Position numbers and translations under genes: made by a program. Positions 19,900 to 28,643 of a DNA stretch of 64,000 bases are shown here, piece after piece (the stretch's first letter is position 1; every line of letters begins with the position of its first letter). This stretch comes from a virus: positions 32,001-96,000 of the IMG/VR virus record IMGVR_UViG_3300037483_001012, one strand, 5' to 3'. The notes under the pieces were generated by a model that saw only the letters and a program-made list of their open reading frames with translations, ran no database searches and was not told the DNA's origin.

Positions 19900-20589
19900 T
19901 CAATCCCACGACATGATGTAATCGCCGGATATTGTATTGCGCACCACGGCGCCCATGCTCTTCAAGAACTCGACGCCGTCGGTGACGCCGATGCCGTAGC
20001 GATCGGCCATGCCGGTTTCCGGCTTCTGCTCAACGATCACGCACGGCTTGTCACGCTTCAGCGTTTCAATCGCGCCGCGCAGCACGAACAATTCATAACC
20101 TTCGCAGTCGACCTTTATGAAATCGATGTGTTGAATATTGAACGAGTCGAGCATCCGAAGATCGGCGGATATGCCTTGAGCATCGGCCGCGGTGTTGACC
20201 CCGGTGTCGCCAGACGACCCAGGCGTCCGCGTTTGCACGACGACCGACCCAGTCGTCTCACCAAGCGCGCACTCGTGCAGTTCTGCATTGCCGCGCTGAT
20301 CCATATTCGCGCGCCAGCATTGGCGATGTTCAGGCATCGGCTCGAACGCATGCACGCGTTCGAAATCAAACGACATCGGCCATGACCAGAGGCCAACATG
20401 AGCGCCGATATCGATCGCGACGCGGCGTTCCGGTCGAACATATTCCAGCGCGGCGTTGTATTTGTGAGCTTGGTATCCGAGCCGCTGCTGGTCGAGCGGA
20501 CCAACGCGCTGCTTCATGGACACCATCCACTTTAGAAGGTGCTCTTCTCCGTCAGGGAGATACCAGCCGCCGGCTTCGAATAGCTTCAT
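19900..20589 (-). CDS. FkbM-family methyltransferase
   Basis: IDIGAHVG, AFEP, IKVDCEGYELFVLRGA. Confidence 0.85.
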   Translation of the reverse strand: MKLFEAGGWYLPDGEEHLLKWMVSMKQRVGPLDQQRLGYQAHKYNAALEYVRPERRVAIDIGAHVGLWSWPMSFDFERVHAFEPMPEHRQCWRANMDQRGNAELHECALGETTGSVVVQTRTPGSSGDTGVNTAADAQGISADLRMLDSFNIQHIDFIKVDCEGYELFVLRGAIETLKRDKPCVIVEQKPETGMADRYGIGVTDGVEFLKSMGAVVRNTISGDYIMSWD

Positions 20590-21334
20590 TTGCCCTGAGG
20601 TCCTTCCAGCACTTGCCGCTCGCCATTTCGTCAATCGTCCATTGGTTCGCCGCTAAAACAGCAGCAAACTCAAGCCGACCTTTTGGAAAAGCAGGGCTTT
20701 CTATTTTTGAGAGATCGGAAAGAGTCATGCGCGACGCGGCGCATCTCCCAGTTGTGAACGCCGGAATTCCTGCGAGCACGGCATCCACGGCAGAATTGGA
20801 GGTGAACGTAACGACGGCCCAGCAATCGTTGAGCGCCCGCGCGATCGGCGCGATTTTGGCGTCCGCCTTCAGCCTTACTTTGATTTGGCGGTCGGTGTGC
20901 TTGCGCAGTTCGCGCGTTGTCTTTTCGACCCACTCACCTGGCTTGAAGCCGTGAAGTTCGAAGAAAGCCTCGGATTGCGGACAAAGCAGAATGTGAGACC
21001 CGCGCTTCCGCCAATCCTTTATCGGGATGTTGAACGATAGAAACCGCGCCGGGTCGGCCTGCCCTTCACCTGTGTGCTGAATAGCGCCACGCGTAACCCG
21101 ATAGTATTTGCCGCGACCGAAATAGGCGTTGTCGCCGTAATACCAATCACGGTCCTCCGCGATCGCCCGGTTTATGATCGGCCACAGTTTCGGGCTGCCG
21201 TATATAGCAATGGCTCCTGGCCGAAGACGACAATCCCGTACAATCTCACCACCGCAGCCGCGCGCAAAAGCCGCGCACCATTTCGGCGATGTCTGCTCGC
21301 CCGGCGCCTCGTAGACATGGACGGAGTCCGCCAC
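20552..21334 (-). CDS. KpsS/KpsC-like putative glycosyltransferase
   Basis: AVVTFTSNSAVDAVLAGIP resembles the capsule-synthesis family C-terminal motif. Confidence 0.55.
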   Translation of the reverse strand: MADSVHVYEAPGEQTSPKWCAAFARGCGGEIVRDCRLRPGAIAIYGSPKLWPIINRAIAEDRDWYYGDNAYFGRGKYYRVTRGAIQHTGEGQADPARFLSFNIPIKDWRKRGSHILLCPQSEAFFELHGFKPGEWVEKTTRELRKHTDRQIKVRLKADAKIAPIARALNDCWAVVTFTSNSAVDAVLAGIPAFTTGRCAASRMTLSDLSKIESPAFPKGRLEFAAVLAANQWTIDEMASGKCWKDLRANEAIRSRRLVSP

Positions 21335-21343
21335 GAGAATTTT

Positions 21344-21565
21344 CTACCTGATGACTTTCACGGCCTGGTGCTCACGAACGCCTTCCATTTGGCGCTCGAA
21401 CCGCCGCTCCCATGCCCTGGCGCAGGAGATGCACTGCTTCGTATGAGGTACCAGTTGGAGACGCGCGGTCTCGATCGGATCGCCGCAATCCTTGCACTCG
21501 ACTGGCTTCGGCAGGCTCTTGCCATGTGCTCGGCGGCCGGCGATCAGATTGACGACGTCGCCCAT
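21344..21565 (-). CDS. TraR/DksA C4 zinc-finger protein
   Basis: CKDCGDPIETARLQLVP..KQCISC. Confidence 0.82.
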   Translation of the reverse strand: MGDVVNLIAGRRAHGKSLPKPVECKDCGDPIETARLQLVPHTKQCISCARAWERRFERQMEGVREHQAVKVIR

Positions 21566-21601
21566 ATCGAGACCCCATGGATTTGATCGGCAGGCTTCCC
21601 A

Positions 21602-21814
21602 TTATCCCAGCGAGATCGAATCCGGCAGCGAATTTGTTTCGGCAATCGCCGCATCGCATAGCTCGATCGCCGCGCGCTTCTGATCGCCGTAGTGCTCGAT
21701 GAGCAGGGCCTTCGCCTCCCTCGGCGTCACCTTGCCCTCGCCGATGGCGATGGCTGCGGCCAATGGGAAGCCCTTGTACGGGCCCTCAGATACGGTGGCA
21801 TCCATGATCGACAT
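21602..21814 (-). CDS. hypothetical protein
   Basis: ORF with GGAG RBS. Confidence 0.55.
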   Translation of the reverse strand: MSIMDATVSEGPYKGFPLAAAIAIGEGKVTPREAKALLIEHYGDQKRAAIELCDAAIAETNSLPDSISLG

Positions 21815-21849
21815 CGGCGATCTCCAAGAGAGCCGTTAGCTTCCCGGCG

Positions 21850-22200
21850 TCAGCGTCTCTTTTCTTGCTTCCCGGCCGGAGGCGATCCAGCGGCAATACC
21901 TGCTTCGCCGGCCATCGCCTCGATATTCTTTTCGAGCAAACTGATGTGCTGCTCTACCGTCTCGAGGGCCGCGTTGACCGCATCATGATATTTCAGGTGA
22001 TCCTTCCATGGCTCCAGCGCTTGCCGCGCCAGCGCGGCCGCGTTCTGACCGAACACCGCCAGCATCTCTGTCTTTTTTTCAATCGTCGTCCCGGGCTTGT
22101 CGACAACCGCTTCAAGAACGGTGAGCAGCAGGCCTTCCATCGCAAAAATGCGCCCAACAAAAAAGGCTGGGTCCATCGGATTGGTCGGCTTTTTTGCCAT
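21850..22200 (-). CDS. hypothetical protein
   Basis: ORF in operon orientation. Confidence 0.55.
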   Translation of the reverse strand: MAKKPTNPMDPAFFVGRIFAMEGLLLTVLEAVVDKPGTTIEKKTEMLAVFGQNAAALARQALEPWKDHLKYHDAVNAALETVEQHISLLEKNIEAMAGEAGIAAGSPPAGKQEKRR

Positions 22201-22210
22201 CTCGGCCCCT

Positions 22211-22241
22211 AAGAAAAGCGGGCCGGCTCGCGCCGGCCCGA
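22211..22241 (-). terminator. intrinsic terminator
   Basis: CGGGCCGGC-GCGA-GCCGGCCCG then CTTTTCTT on minus strand. Confidence 0.6.
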
Positions 22242-22299
22242 GTTATTACGTAACGCGGGAGGAACCTTGTTCTGCGCCGTAGGAAAAATACGGATCGAC

Positions 22300-22482
22300 C
22301 TATAGCGTTTGCCAGCGCGGATCGTTGGCCCGGTCCGATGGCCCATCAGCACCGGTCGCGGCCGCGATGTCCTCAATCGATTTCAAGGTGCGCCGCGTAT
22401 TGACCATCGCGATGACGGAAAGCACGACCGCCGACAGCGCTACGACGAGGGCGACGATCGAGATGACCATAGCGTCAGGCAT
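22300..22482 (-). CDS. small membrane protein
   Basis: Single hydrophobic N-terminal helix. Confidence 0.5.
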   Translation of the reverse strand: MPDAMVISIVALVVALSAVVLSVIAMVNTRRTLKSIEDIAAATGADGPSDRANDPRWQTL

Positions 22483-22705
22483 GGCGGCCAGGCCCTGCGT
22501 CCCCGTAGATCGAATCGGCGATTGCCTTGAGCGCCAGCTTGTCGGCCCAACTCAACCGCGGATCGTCCAGCGAAATAGCGAGGAAGTTCTGATCGAGATA
22601 GGCCCGGCGCTTGATCGCTTCCTTGTCGATGCTGGTCGGCGCCCTGAAATTCGTTCGGAGAAAACCTTCTCCTCGGTCCGCTATGGCGCAATCTTGCGGC
22701 TGCAC
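22475..22705 (-). CDS. hypothetical protein
   Basis: Coupled to csp and to the next gene. Confidence 0.5.
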   Translation of the reverse strand: MQPQDCAIADRGEGFLRTNFRAPTSIDKEAIKRRAYLDQNFLAISLDDPRLSWADKLALKAIADSIYGDAGPGRHA

Positions 22706-22706
22706 G

Positions 22707-22910
22707 TTACACTAACTCGACGTTGATTGCCGACAGCCCCTTCGGCTTATCCTCGACGTCGAACTTCACCTTGTCGCCTTCGCGCACGGTGATCCCGGCC
22801 TTCTCGACCTCGCTGGTGTGAAGGAACACGTCCTTCTGGGCGTCGTCGCGCGTGATGAAGCCGTAGCCCTTGGTCGGGTTAAACCACTTTATGGTGCCTT
22901 GCATCTGCAT
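22707..22910 (-). CDS. cold-shock protein
   Basis: GTIKWFNPTKGYGFI (RNP1), DVFLH (RNP2). Confidence 0.95.
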   Translation of the reverse strand: MQMQGTIKWFNPTKGYGFITRDDAQKDVFLHTSEVEKAGITVREGDKVKFDVEDKPKGLSAINVELV

Positions 22911-23269
22911 GGTGTCAGGTTTCCGGTTGGTGTGGACGTGACCGGGTATCGCGCGCCACGGTGCGCCCCGCTTAGGCGGGAGAATTATTTCGGCGATGTT
23001 GGGATTTTTCCCGAAAGTATCCGGGTATTATGGGCGGGTAATATTCGAGGCCGAGATCATCGGGCCCTTCGATCCGCAACCTTTAGAGCGAATCACCAGC
23101 CATAGGCCAGATATTGCGGCAATCGAGTTTAGTGTCAATCGATTGTGGTGCTGTTGCAATTATTTACCACATCTTGGATCATATTATCTCTGATATAATT
23201 TCGCGCGATGTAGATAATATCGCCGGATCGGTGAGGCATACGCGTAACACTAATATTTTTTGGCCATAT

Positions 23270-23458
23270 TTTACTGGCTCGATCGCTGCAATCTTCGCTA
23301 TCGCCGGAGCCGACGCGGCCTCAGCTATTTCCAAATCGAATTTGGTTTGCAAATTGAACCAGAGCTGCGCCGATGTGCCGATCGCCTTGGCGAGGCGCGG
23401 TGTCGGCGGTGACGCCGCTGGTCTCGGCCGCGATGCGCTCGACCCGCGCGCCGGCCAC
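23270..23458 (-). pseudogene. higA: higA antitoxin remnant
   Basis: VAGARVERIAAETSGVTADTA /frameshift/ LAKAIGTSAQLWFNLQTKFDL; N-terminus missing. Confidence 0.7.
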
Positions 23459-23492
23459 ACTCTATATTAGCCACCTATTATAATGACTGAAA

Positions 23493-23951
23493 TTATTGGT
23501 CGCTATTATTCCTGCCGCCCCAAAGTTCCGGCGGGATTGCTGATATCTCGCGCGGCCGGTTCTCGATCGCCTCGCACCAGAACGGTAACATCTCGAGTTG
23601 ACCGGTCTCGCGGGCGAGTTGCTCCATCCTCGCTTTAAGGCCTCCATGGTGCCTGGTGCACAGCGACTGTAAATTCCCCCAGGCATAGGTCAATTCCGGG
23701 AATTCCCGACGCGGCTTAATATGGTCGACGACGTCGGTGAGGACCGCGTCGTCGCCTTCCTGTGTGCAAAATTCACAAAATGGACGGGCCCTCCTGAACC
23801 TTCGGCTGAGCCGCGTCCAGTGATCGTCCAGCCCCCGCTCCGCCGGCGCCGGCCGCGGCTCACGCCCGGCGAATTGAGGCCGCACCGCCGACGGTGCCTT
23901 CCATTGCTTAAACCGCGGGGGCCGATCGGATCTGACGGGCATTGGCCTCAA
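23493..23951 (-). CDS. HNH endonuclease (packaging-associated, HK97 gp74-like)
   Basis: PFCEFC..VVDHIKP..WGNLQSLCTRHH. Confidence 0.85.
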   Translation of the reverse strand: MRPMPVRSDRPPRFKQWKAPSAVRPQFAGREPRPAPAERGLDDHWTRLSRRFRRARPFCEFCTQEGDDAVLTDVVDHIKPRREFPELTYAWGNLQSLCTRHHGGLKARMEQLARETGQLEMLPFWCEAIENRPREISAIPPELWGGRNNSDQ

Positions 23952-24328
23952 CTATTCCGCCGGGATTTTCGCGATGACGCGCCGGCCCGATAAACAACGC
24001 CAGCCGAGCCTCTTCCGTCAAGGAGTTTCGCCGCCGCGCCGTTATTGCATTTTAGCTCCCAACAATTTTTTTACAGCCCATGCCGGAATATGCCTGCCTC
24101 GCGCGGTCAGTATCCAACAAGTAAAATTGTTAACGACACCCCCCATACCCCAAGCATCGTCAAGCATTCGCGTGAAATTATTCACACGTTGCGGCTTATG
24201 CTGCGTTGTCGATTGATAGGATTGATCTACTATACCTTGACCATAGTCCTATTGCGCGGCTGCTATGGAATGGTTACTTGTGTCAAGCTATGTGGAAAAA
24301 TAATTATTGAAAAATGCGTGGCGAATAG

Positions 24329-24357
24329 TTGACAGGCGTTGCGTCTTATGAGAGGGT
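24329..24357 (+). promoter_or_regulatory. putative sigma70 promoter of the early array
   Basis: TTGACA-N17-GAGGGT with AT-rich upstream tract; -10 degenerate. Confidence 0.45.
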
Positions 24358-24419
24358 ATGAATGCCACGCGATTGTGGCGTGTTCGGAATAGTCCGGACG
24401 AGATATGAGGAAGCACCCA

Positions 24420-24590
24420 ATGCGCGCCATCACCACAACGGCCCTGGTCCTGCTGACACTGGCGGCCCCCGTCGTTGGCCTGCTGTATGTCGTCCCCGCT
24501 GTGAATGCGTGGGAGCTGGCGAACAACTATCCTTATGGCAAGATGTGCAATTCGATCTTTACCGCCAACGTTGACACCTGCCCCCGTTGA
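24420..24590 (+). CDS. small membrane protein
   Basis: Hairpin + GAGGA RBS; hydrophobic N-terminus. Confidence 0.65.
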   Translation: MRAITTTALVLLTLAAPVVGLLYVVPAVNAWELANNYPYGKMCNSIFTANVDTCPR

Positions 24591-24685
24591 TGGCGCGCCA
24601 CGTCCTGCGCCTCTACATGGGGCGCAGTGCGGGGCACGTACCCCGTGATCGGAATGGACCGGTCATCATATGAGGAACCTAAGCC

Positions 24686-24898
24686 ATGGCTACCCTTGAC
24701 CTGCACCCCGGCGCGTACACGTCGCGCAAAGGATTCCGCCCTGTCATCCGCACCTATCGCGATGGCGTCCCGCATGGCTCTAAGGCGTCCGGCTTCCTGT
24801 TCGCCACCAGGGCCGAAGCGGAATCACATGCGCGCATTGCTGCGCTCAATGTGGCTCTGAACTACAACGGCGCGTCCCTTCACGTCGCTGTGCACTAG
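24686..24898 (+). CDS. hypothetical protein
   Basis: Hairpin + RBS. Confidence 0.7.
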   Translation: MATLDLHPGAYTSRKGFRPVIRTYRDGVPHGSKASGFLFATRAEAESHARIAALNVALNYNGASLHVAVH

Positions 24899-24908
24899 GG
24901 CGCGCGCC

Positions 24909-25022
24909 ATGGTCCGCACCATCATCCGTGAGGCCGCCTTTGTCGGGACCTGCCTTGTCGTCGGCACGGTCCTAAGCGGGGTGGGCTTATTGGCTTACCT
25001 GCTGGTGGATTGGCGATTCTAG
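24909..25022 (+). CDS. 37-aa membrane peptide
   Basis: Read manually: MVRTIIREAAFVGTCLVVGTVLSGVGLLAYLLVDWRF; weak RBS. Confidence 0.45.
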   Translation: MVRTIIREAAFVGTCLVVGTVLSGVGLLAYLLVDWRF

Positions 25023-25121
25023 GCGTGCATCGCGTCCTGCCGTCTCGTCACGGGGCGGCAGTGCAGGGTGCAGCTACCCTCCCCGCTGGAATCGACCGCC
25101 GGGGCAAATCGAGGAAAAGAC

Positions 25122-25724
25122 ATGCCACAAGGCCGCGTTGAGAAAGTTGATTTTACCTCTGGCGGTGCCGGGAACCAATGGACCACGATTGACGGCGTGA
25201 GGTACGCCACATGGTGGGGTATCAAGACGAAGAATTGGCGCACGGGCGATCTGGTGACATTCGAAGTTTACAGCGCCCCGCTTTGGAGTGGCATGACGCC
25301 AATCGCTTGCGCCAAAAATATCAGCAAGGCCGAAAGCCAAAATATCATCCGCGCCAAGTTGATCGAGGCCCGCGCTCTTATTGCAGACCGTTCTAACTGG
25401 TGCATGGGAATGCACGCCAGCGACCGCGACGGAAATGCCGTCTATCACAATGAACCGAACGCCAAATGCTTTTGCGCCGATGGCGCGCTAGGCAAGGTCT
25501 GTGGCGTCGAAATAAGCCCCGCCGGGGATTGGCAAAACAACCCTCTCTATAATTCGGTACGAAGCGTCGTCTGGGATGCAGCAACCCGCGAATTCGGCAA
25601 AAGCCATGTTTGCGTCAATGATGGTGAGCACCTGCCGGACGACTTCGATGACGATTCCGTTGTCGCCCGCTCACACCGCGATATTCTAACCGTTTTTGAC
25701 AAGGCGATTGAGGCAATCGCCTAG
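25122..25724 (+). CDS. hypothetical protein (two-domain)
   Basis: Hairpin + RBS; C-terminal ARALI..WC.G..CFCADGAL phage domain. Confidence 0.7.
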   Translation: MPQGRVEKVDFTSGGAGNQWTTIDGVRYATWWGIKTKNWRTGDLVTFEVYSAPLWSGMTPIACAKNISKAESQNIIRAKLIEARALIADRSNWCMGMHASDRDGNAVYHNEPNAKCFCADGALGKVCGVEISPAGDWQNNPLYNSVRSVVWDAATREFGKSHVCVNDGEHLPDDFDDDSVVARSHRDILTVFDKAIEAIA

Positions 25725-25955
25725 CGCGCGCCGCGACGTGCGCCGGGTCCGCCCGGCGCATATCAGGGCGCGGCTACGTCTGGCCTAAGCCTCAGTGCGG
25801 CGCTACCAGTGGGTAGCGTGCGGCACGGGCGACGATGCAGGGGCAAACCGGACCGGGCGGGATTCCCGGAATGGACTCCCTGATGACGGGCAGGCAATCC
25901 CGCCGCGACAACCCTACCGCCCGGAATGGTCCGGGCGGGACATGAGGAACGAACT

Positions 25956-26084
25956 ATGAAACCCGCGATATTGCCCAATCCTTTCGACGATCTCGCCGCG
26001 CCGGCCAAGCGCAAGGCCAAGCGAAGGAAGCCCGCCCGCAAGCCGGCGACGCGCCGCAAGGTGGCCACACGCCGCAAGCGATAG
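25956..26084 (+). CDS. 42-aa highly basic protein
   Basis: Read manually: MKPAILPNPFDDLAAPAKRKAKRRKPARKPATRRKVATRRKR; hairpin + RBS. Confidence 0.7.
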   Translation: MKPAILPNPFDDLAAPAKRKAKRRKPARKPATRRKVATRRKR

Positions 26085-26192
26085 GCGCGCGCCGCGTTGT
26101 GCAGCTCGTCGACAGACGGGCTGCATAGCAGGGCGCGGCCTAGGCCAGCTCTACCGTTCGGAATAGTCCGGACGGGTATCGAGGATCGTAAC

Positions 26193-26375
26193 ATGCTCTA
26201 TGCAAACGTCCGCGTTGCGCGCGCCGCAACCGGCCTCTGGTCCGCCTTCGGGTCATGGGTCGGCGGCTCCTTTCATGTGCTTGGCTGCCTGTCGGATACC
26301 GAGGCCCGCGCCTTCGCGCGTGGCCGGTGCCTGGCCATCGGACGCGCGCCCCGCTACATCGGGGGTTCGCGATGA
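26193..26375 (+). CDS. hypothetical protein
   Basis: Hairpin + RBS. Confidence 0.65.
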   Translation: MLYANVRVARAATGLWSAFGSWVGGSFHVLGCLSDTEARAFARGRCLAIGRAPRYIGGSR

Positions 26376-26461
26376 AACGCAAACCCATCGCCTATGTCCG
26401 GCGCCGCACCCGAAAATTCGTGCGGACCGACAAGCGCGCGTTTCTGGAGTCGTGCCAATGA
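26372..26461 (+). CDS. 29-aa basic peptide
   Basis: ATGA overlaps on both sides. Confidence 0.45.
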   Translation: MKRKPIAYVRRRTRKFVRTDKRAFLESCQ

Positions 26462-26535
26462 TTAGCACCCCCGAGGCCATCGCCCTTGTCGTCCTGGCGC
26501 TTGTCTTGCTATGGCAGGCGTTCAGGCCAGCGTGA
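26458..26535 (+). CDS. 25-aa membrane peptide
   Basis: ATGA overlap; MISTPEAIALVVLALVLLWQAFRPA. Confidence 0.45.
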   Translation: MISTPEAIALVVLALVLLWQAFRPA

Positions 26536-26624
26536 CGTTGCGAAGCGGGGCGGCAGGTTCGCCCCGTCACGGAACGCCAAGCCGTCCCTTGCTGGAATTG
26601 TCCGGCACGAATTGAGGAATCGAT

Positions 26625-27533
26625 ATGAACATGATGGTAGGCCCGGAAGCCATGACGGCGGCCGCTCTTTCGTCCCGCGCAATGCTGGCGCGCCTGAAAA
26701 TCTGCACTTGGTCGGCGACCAAACTTGACCGCAAGGTAACCGACAAGGTGAATACGGAACACCATGCCGCGCATGACGCCGGGCGCTATAACAAGCGCCT
26801 GCTTTCCAAAAGCGCAACGGCGGTCTTGACGCGGGTTTGCAGCGAGGCGCGCGCCGCGCACTACGCCCGCACCCTGCCCTGGCAGGATGACGGCGTGCGC
26901 ATTCTTTCGGCCGCCGCGTATATGGAATACGCGGAAAAAATGGCCGGGCTGCGCTCTCAATTCGATGCGGCGGCCGACTCCTTCGCGATAGGCTATGCCG
27001 AATTCGTGATTGATGAACGCGCGCGGCTTAACGGCATGTTCAATGCCGACGACTACCCGCCGGCGGAGATCATCCGCAACCGCTTTACCTTTGACGTGAA
27101 AATCGATGTGATGCCGGACGCGTCCGACTTCCGGGTCGACTTGGGCGAGGCGCAAGCGGCGGAGATCCGCGCCGATATCGAGGCGCGGACCAAACAAGCC
27201 TTGGCCGACGCGATGCGCGACGTATGGGAACGCGTTGCGGAAAGCGTTGGCCACATGGCGGACCGGCTGAAAAACTACCGCCCGGCGGAAACCAAAGGCG
27301 ACAAGTCGCAAGGCATTTTCCGCGATTCGCTGGTGGAGAATATCCGCGATCTCGTCGCCGTGCTGCCCGGCCTCAACGTCACGGGCGACCCGCGGCTTGC
27401 CGCCGTCGCGGACCGCCTGCCCGCGTTGTGCCGCGACGACGCGGCGACGTTGCGCGACGACGCCACGGCGCGCGCCAGCGTGGCGGCGGAAGCCGACGCG
27501 ATCTTAAAAGACGTATCGGAATATCTGGCCTAA
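26625..27533 (+). CDS. DUF3150-like protein
   Basis: WSATKLD, TLPWQDDGVRIL, FNADDYP, IFRDSL, LNVTGDP; typical partner of MoxR/VWA genes. Confidence 0.65.
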   Translation: MNMMVGPEAMTAAALSSRAMLARLKICTWSATKLDRKVTDKVNTEHHAAHDAGRYNKRLLSKSATAVLTRVCSEARAAHYARTLPWQDDGVRILSAAAYMEYAEKMAGLRSQFDAAADSFAIGYAEFVIDERARLNGMFNADDYPPAEIIRNRFTFDVKIDVMPDASDFRVDLGEAQAAEIRADIEARTKQALADAMRDVWERVAESVGHMADRLKNYRPAETKGDKSQGIFRDSLVENIRDLVAVLPGLNVTGDPRLAAVADRLPALCRDDAATLRDDATARASVAAEADAILKDVSEYLA

Positions 27534-27629
27534 GTGCATTCCGGCTAGGCGCGGCGGTAACGCCGCGCCCTTCCCGAGCGCATAACGCCCGCCGCGCGGA
27601 ATGGCCCGCACGGATTTGAGGAAACCGCT

Positions 27630-28643
27630 ATGAACCTGATTCAAGCATCCGCCGCACTCAATGCCTACATGGCGGCAAACGTGCCAACGTTCCTTTGGGG
27701 CGCGCCCGGCATCGGCAAGTCCGATCTGACGCGCGACGTGGCTAAGGCGAACGATATGCCGCTAATCGACGTGCGCGCAATCTTGCTCGATCCCGTCGAC
27801 CTTCGCGGGCTGCCCACCGTGACCGATGGCCGCGCGACCTGGGCGCAACCGGATTTCTTGCCGCGCGCGGACCGGGACGGCCCTAAGGGCATTCTGTTGC
27901 TTGATGAATTGAACGCCGCGCCCGCGTCGGTGCAAGCCGCACTTTTCCAACTGATTCTTGACCGCAAGCTAGGCGAATACACCTTGCCGCCGGACTGGCG
28001 CATTGTCGCGGCCGGTAACCGCCAAAGCGATCGCGCGGCGGCGCAGCGAATGCCGTCCGCCCTGGCCAATCGCTTCGCGCATATCGACGTTGACGCCGAC
28101 GTGACCGCCTGGGGCAAATGGGCGGCGGCGAACAATATCGCGCCGATGGTGCTGGCGTTCATCCGTTTTCGTCCCGCCCTGCTGCACGCCATGGAAGGAA
28201 GCGATTTGCGCGCGTTCCCGACACCGCGCGCATGGGCAACCGTTGCCCGACTCCCGCAAGTCCAGACAGTCGGCACGGCGGACCGGGACGCGGACGCGTT
28301 CCGGCTGGCCCTGGTCGGCGGCGTCGTCGGCGAAGCGGCGGCGGCGGAACTGGAAGGCTTTATACGGGTCTGGCGATCCCTGCCGACAATCGCGGATATC
28401 ATCGCGGACCCGGACGGCGTGACCGTGCCGAACGATCCGGCCACGCTCTACGCGGTTTCAACCGCGCTGGCGCGCAAGGCGGACCGCAAGACCTTTGAAC
28501 CGATCTTGCGCTTTGCCCGGCGCGCCATGGGGCAGGAATTCGGAATCCTGCTTTGCGTCGACGCGATCACGCGCGACCCGGACCTTAAAACGACGCGCGC
28601 ATTCGTTGAATGGGCGTCCGACAATCAGGACGTAACGCTATGA
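27630..28643 (+). CDS. MoxR-type AAA+ ATPase
   Basis: GAPGIGKS Walker A, LLLDE Walker B, AAGN, ALANRF, FPTPRAW. Confidence 0.9.
   Translation: MNLIQASAALNAYMAANVPTFLWGAPGIGKSDLTRDVAKANDMPLIDVRAILLDPVDLRGLPTVTDGRATWAQPDFLPRADRDGPKGILLLDELNAAPASVQAALFQLILDRKLGEYTLPPDWRIVAAGNRQSDRAAAQRMPSALANRFAHIDVDADVTAWGKWAAANNIAPMVLAFIRFRPALLHAMEGSDLRAFPTPRAWATVARLPQVQTVGTADRDADAFRLALVGGVVGEAAAAELEGFIRVWRSLPTIADIIADPDGVTVPNDPATLYAVSTALARKADRKTFEPILRFARRAMGQEFGILLCVDAITRDPDLKTTRAFVEWASDNQDVTL

Noticed and set aside
18396-21334. GtrABC-type serotype conversion cassette
   Set aside because: No membrane flippase or polytopic transferase, and it sits in the late packaging arm rather than near att/int
22300-22482. 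Holin or lysis cassette
   Set aside because: One TM helix only; no endolysin or spanin is recognisable nearby
25856-25905. Hammerhead ribozyme suggested by CTGATGA, and a variant GGAATGGAC hairpin at 25868
   Set aside because: No GAAA after the putative stem II; the segment lies inside a GGCGGGATT/AATCCCGCC stem; the variant lacks the closing CC and an RBS, so it was not counted
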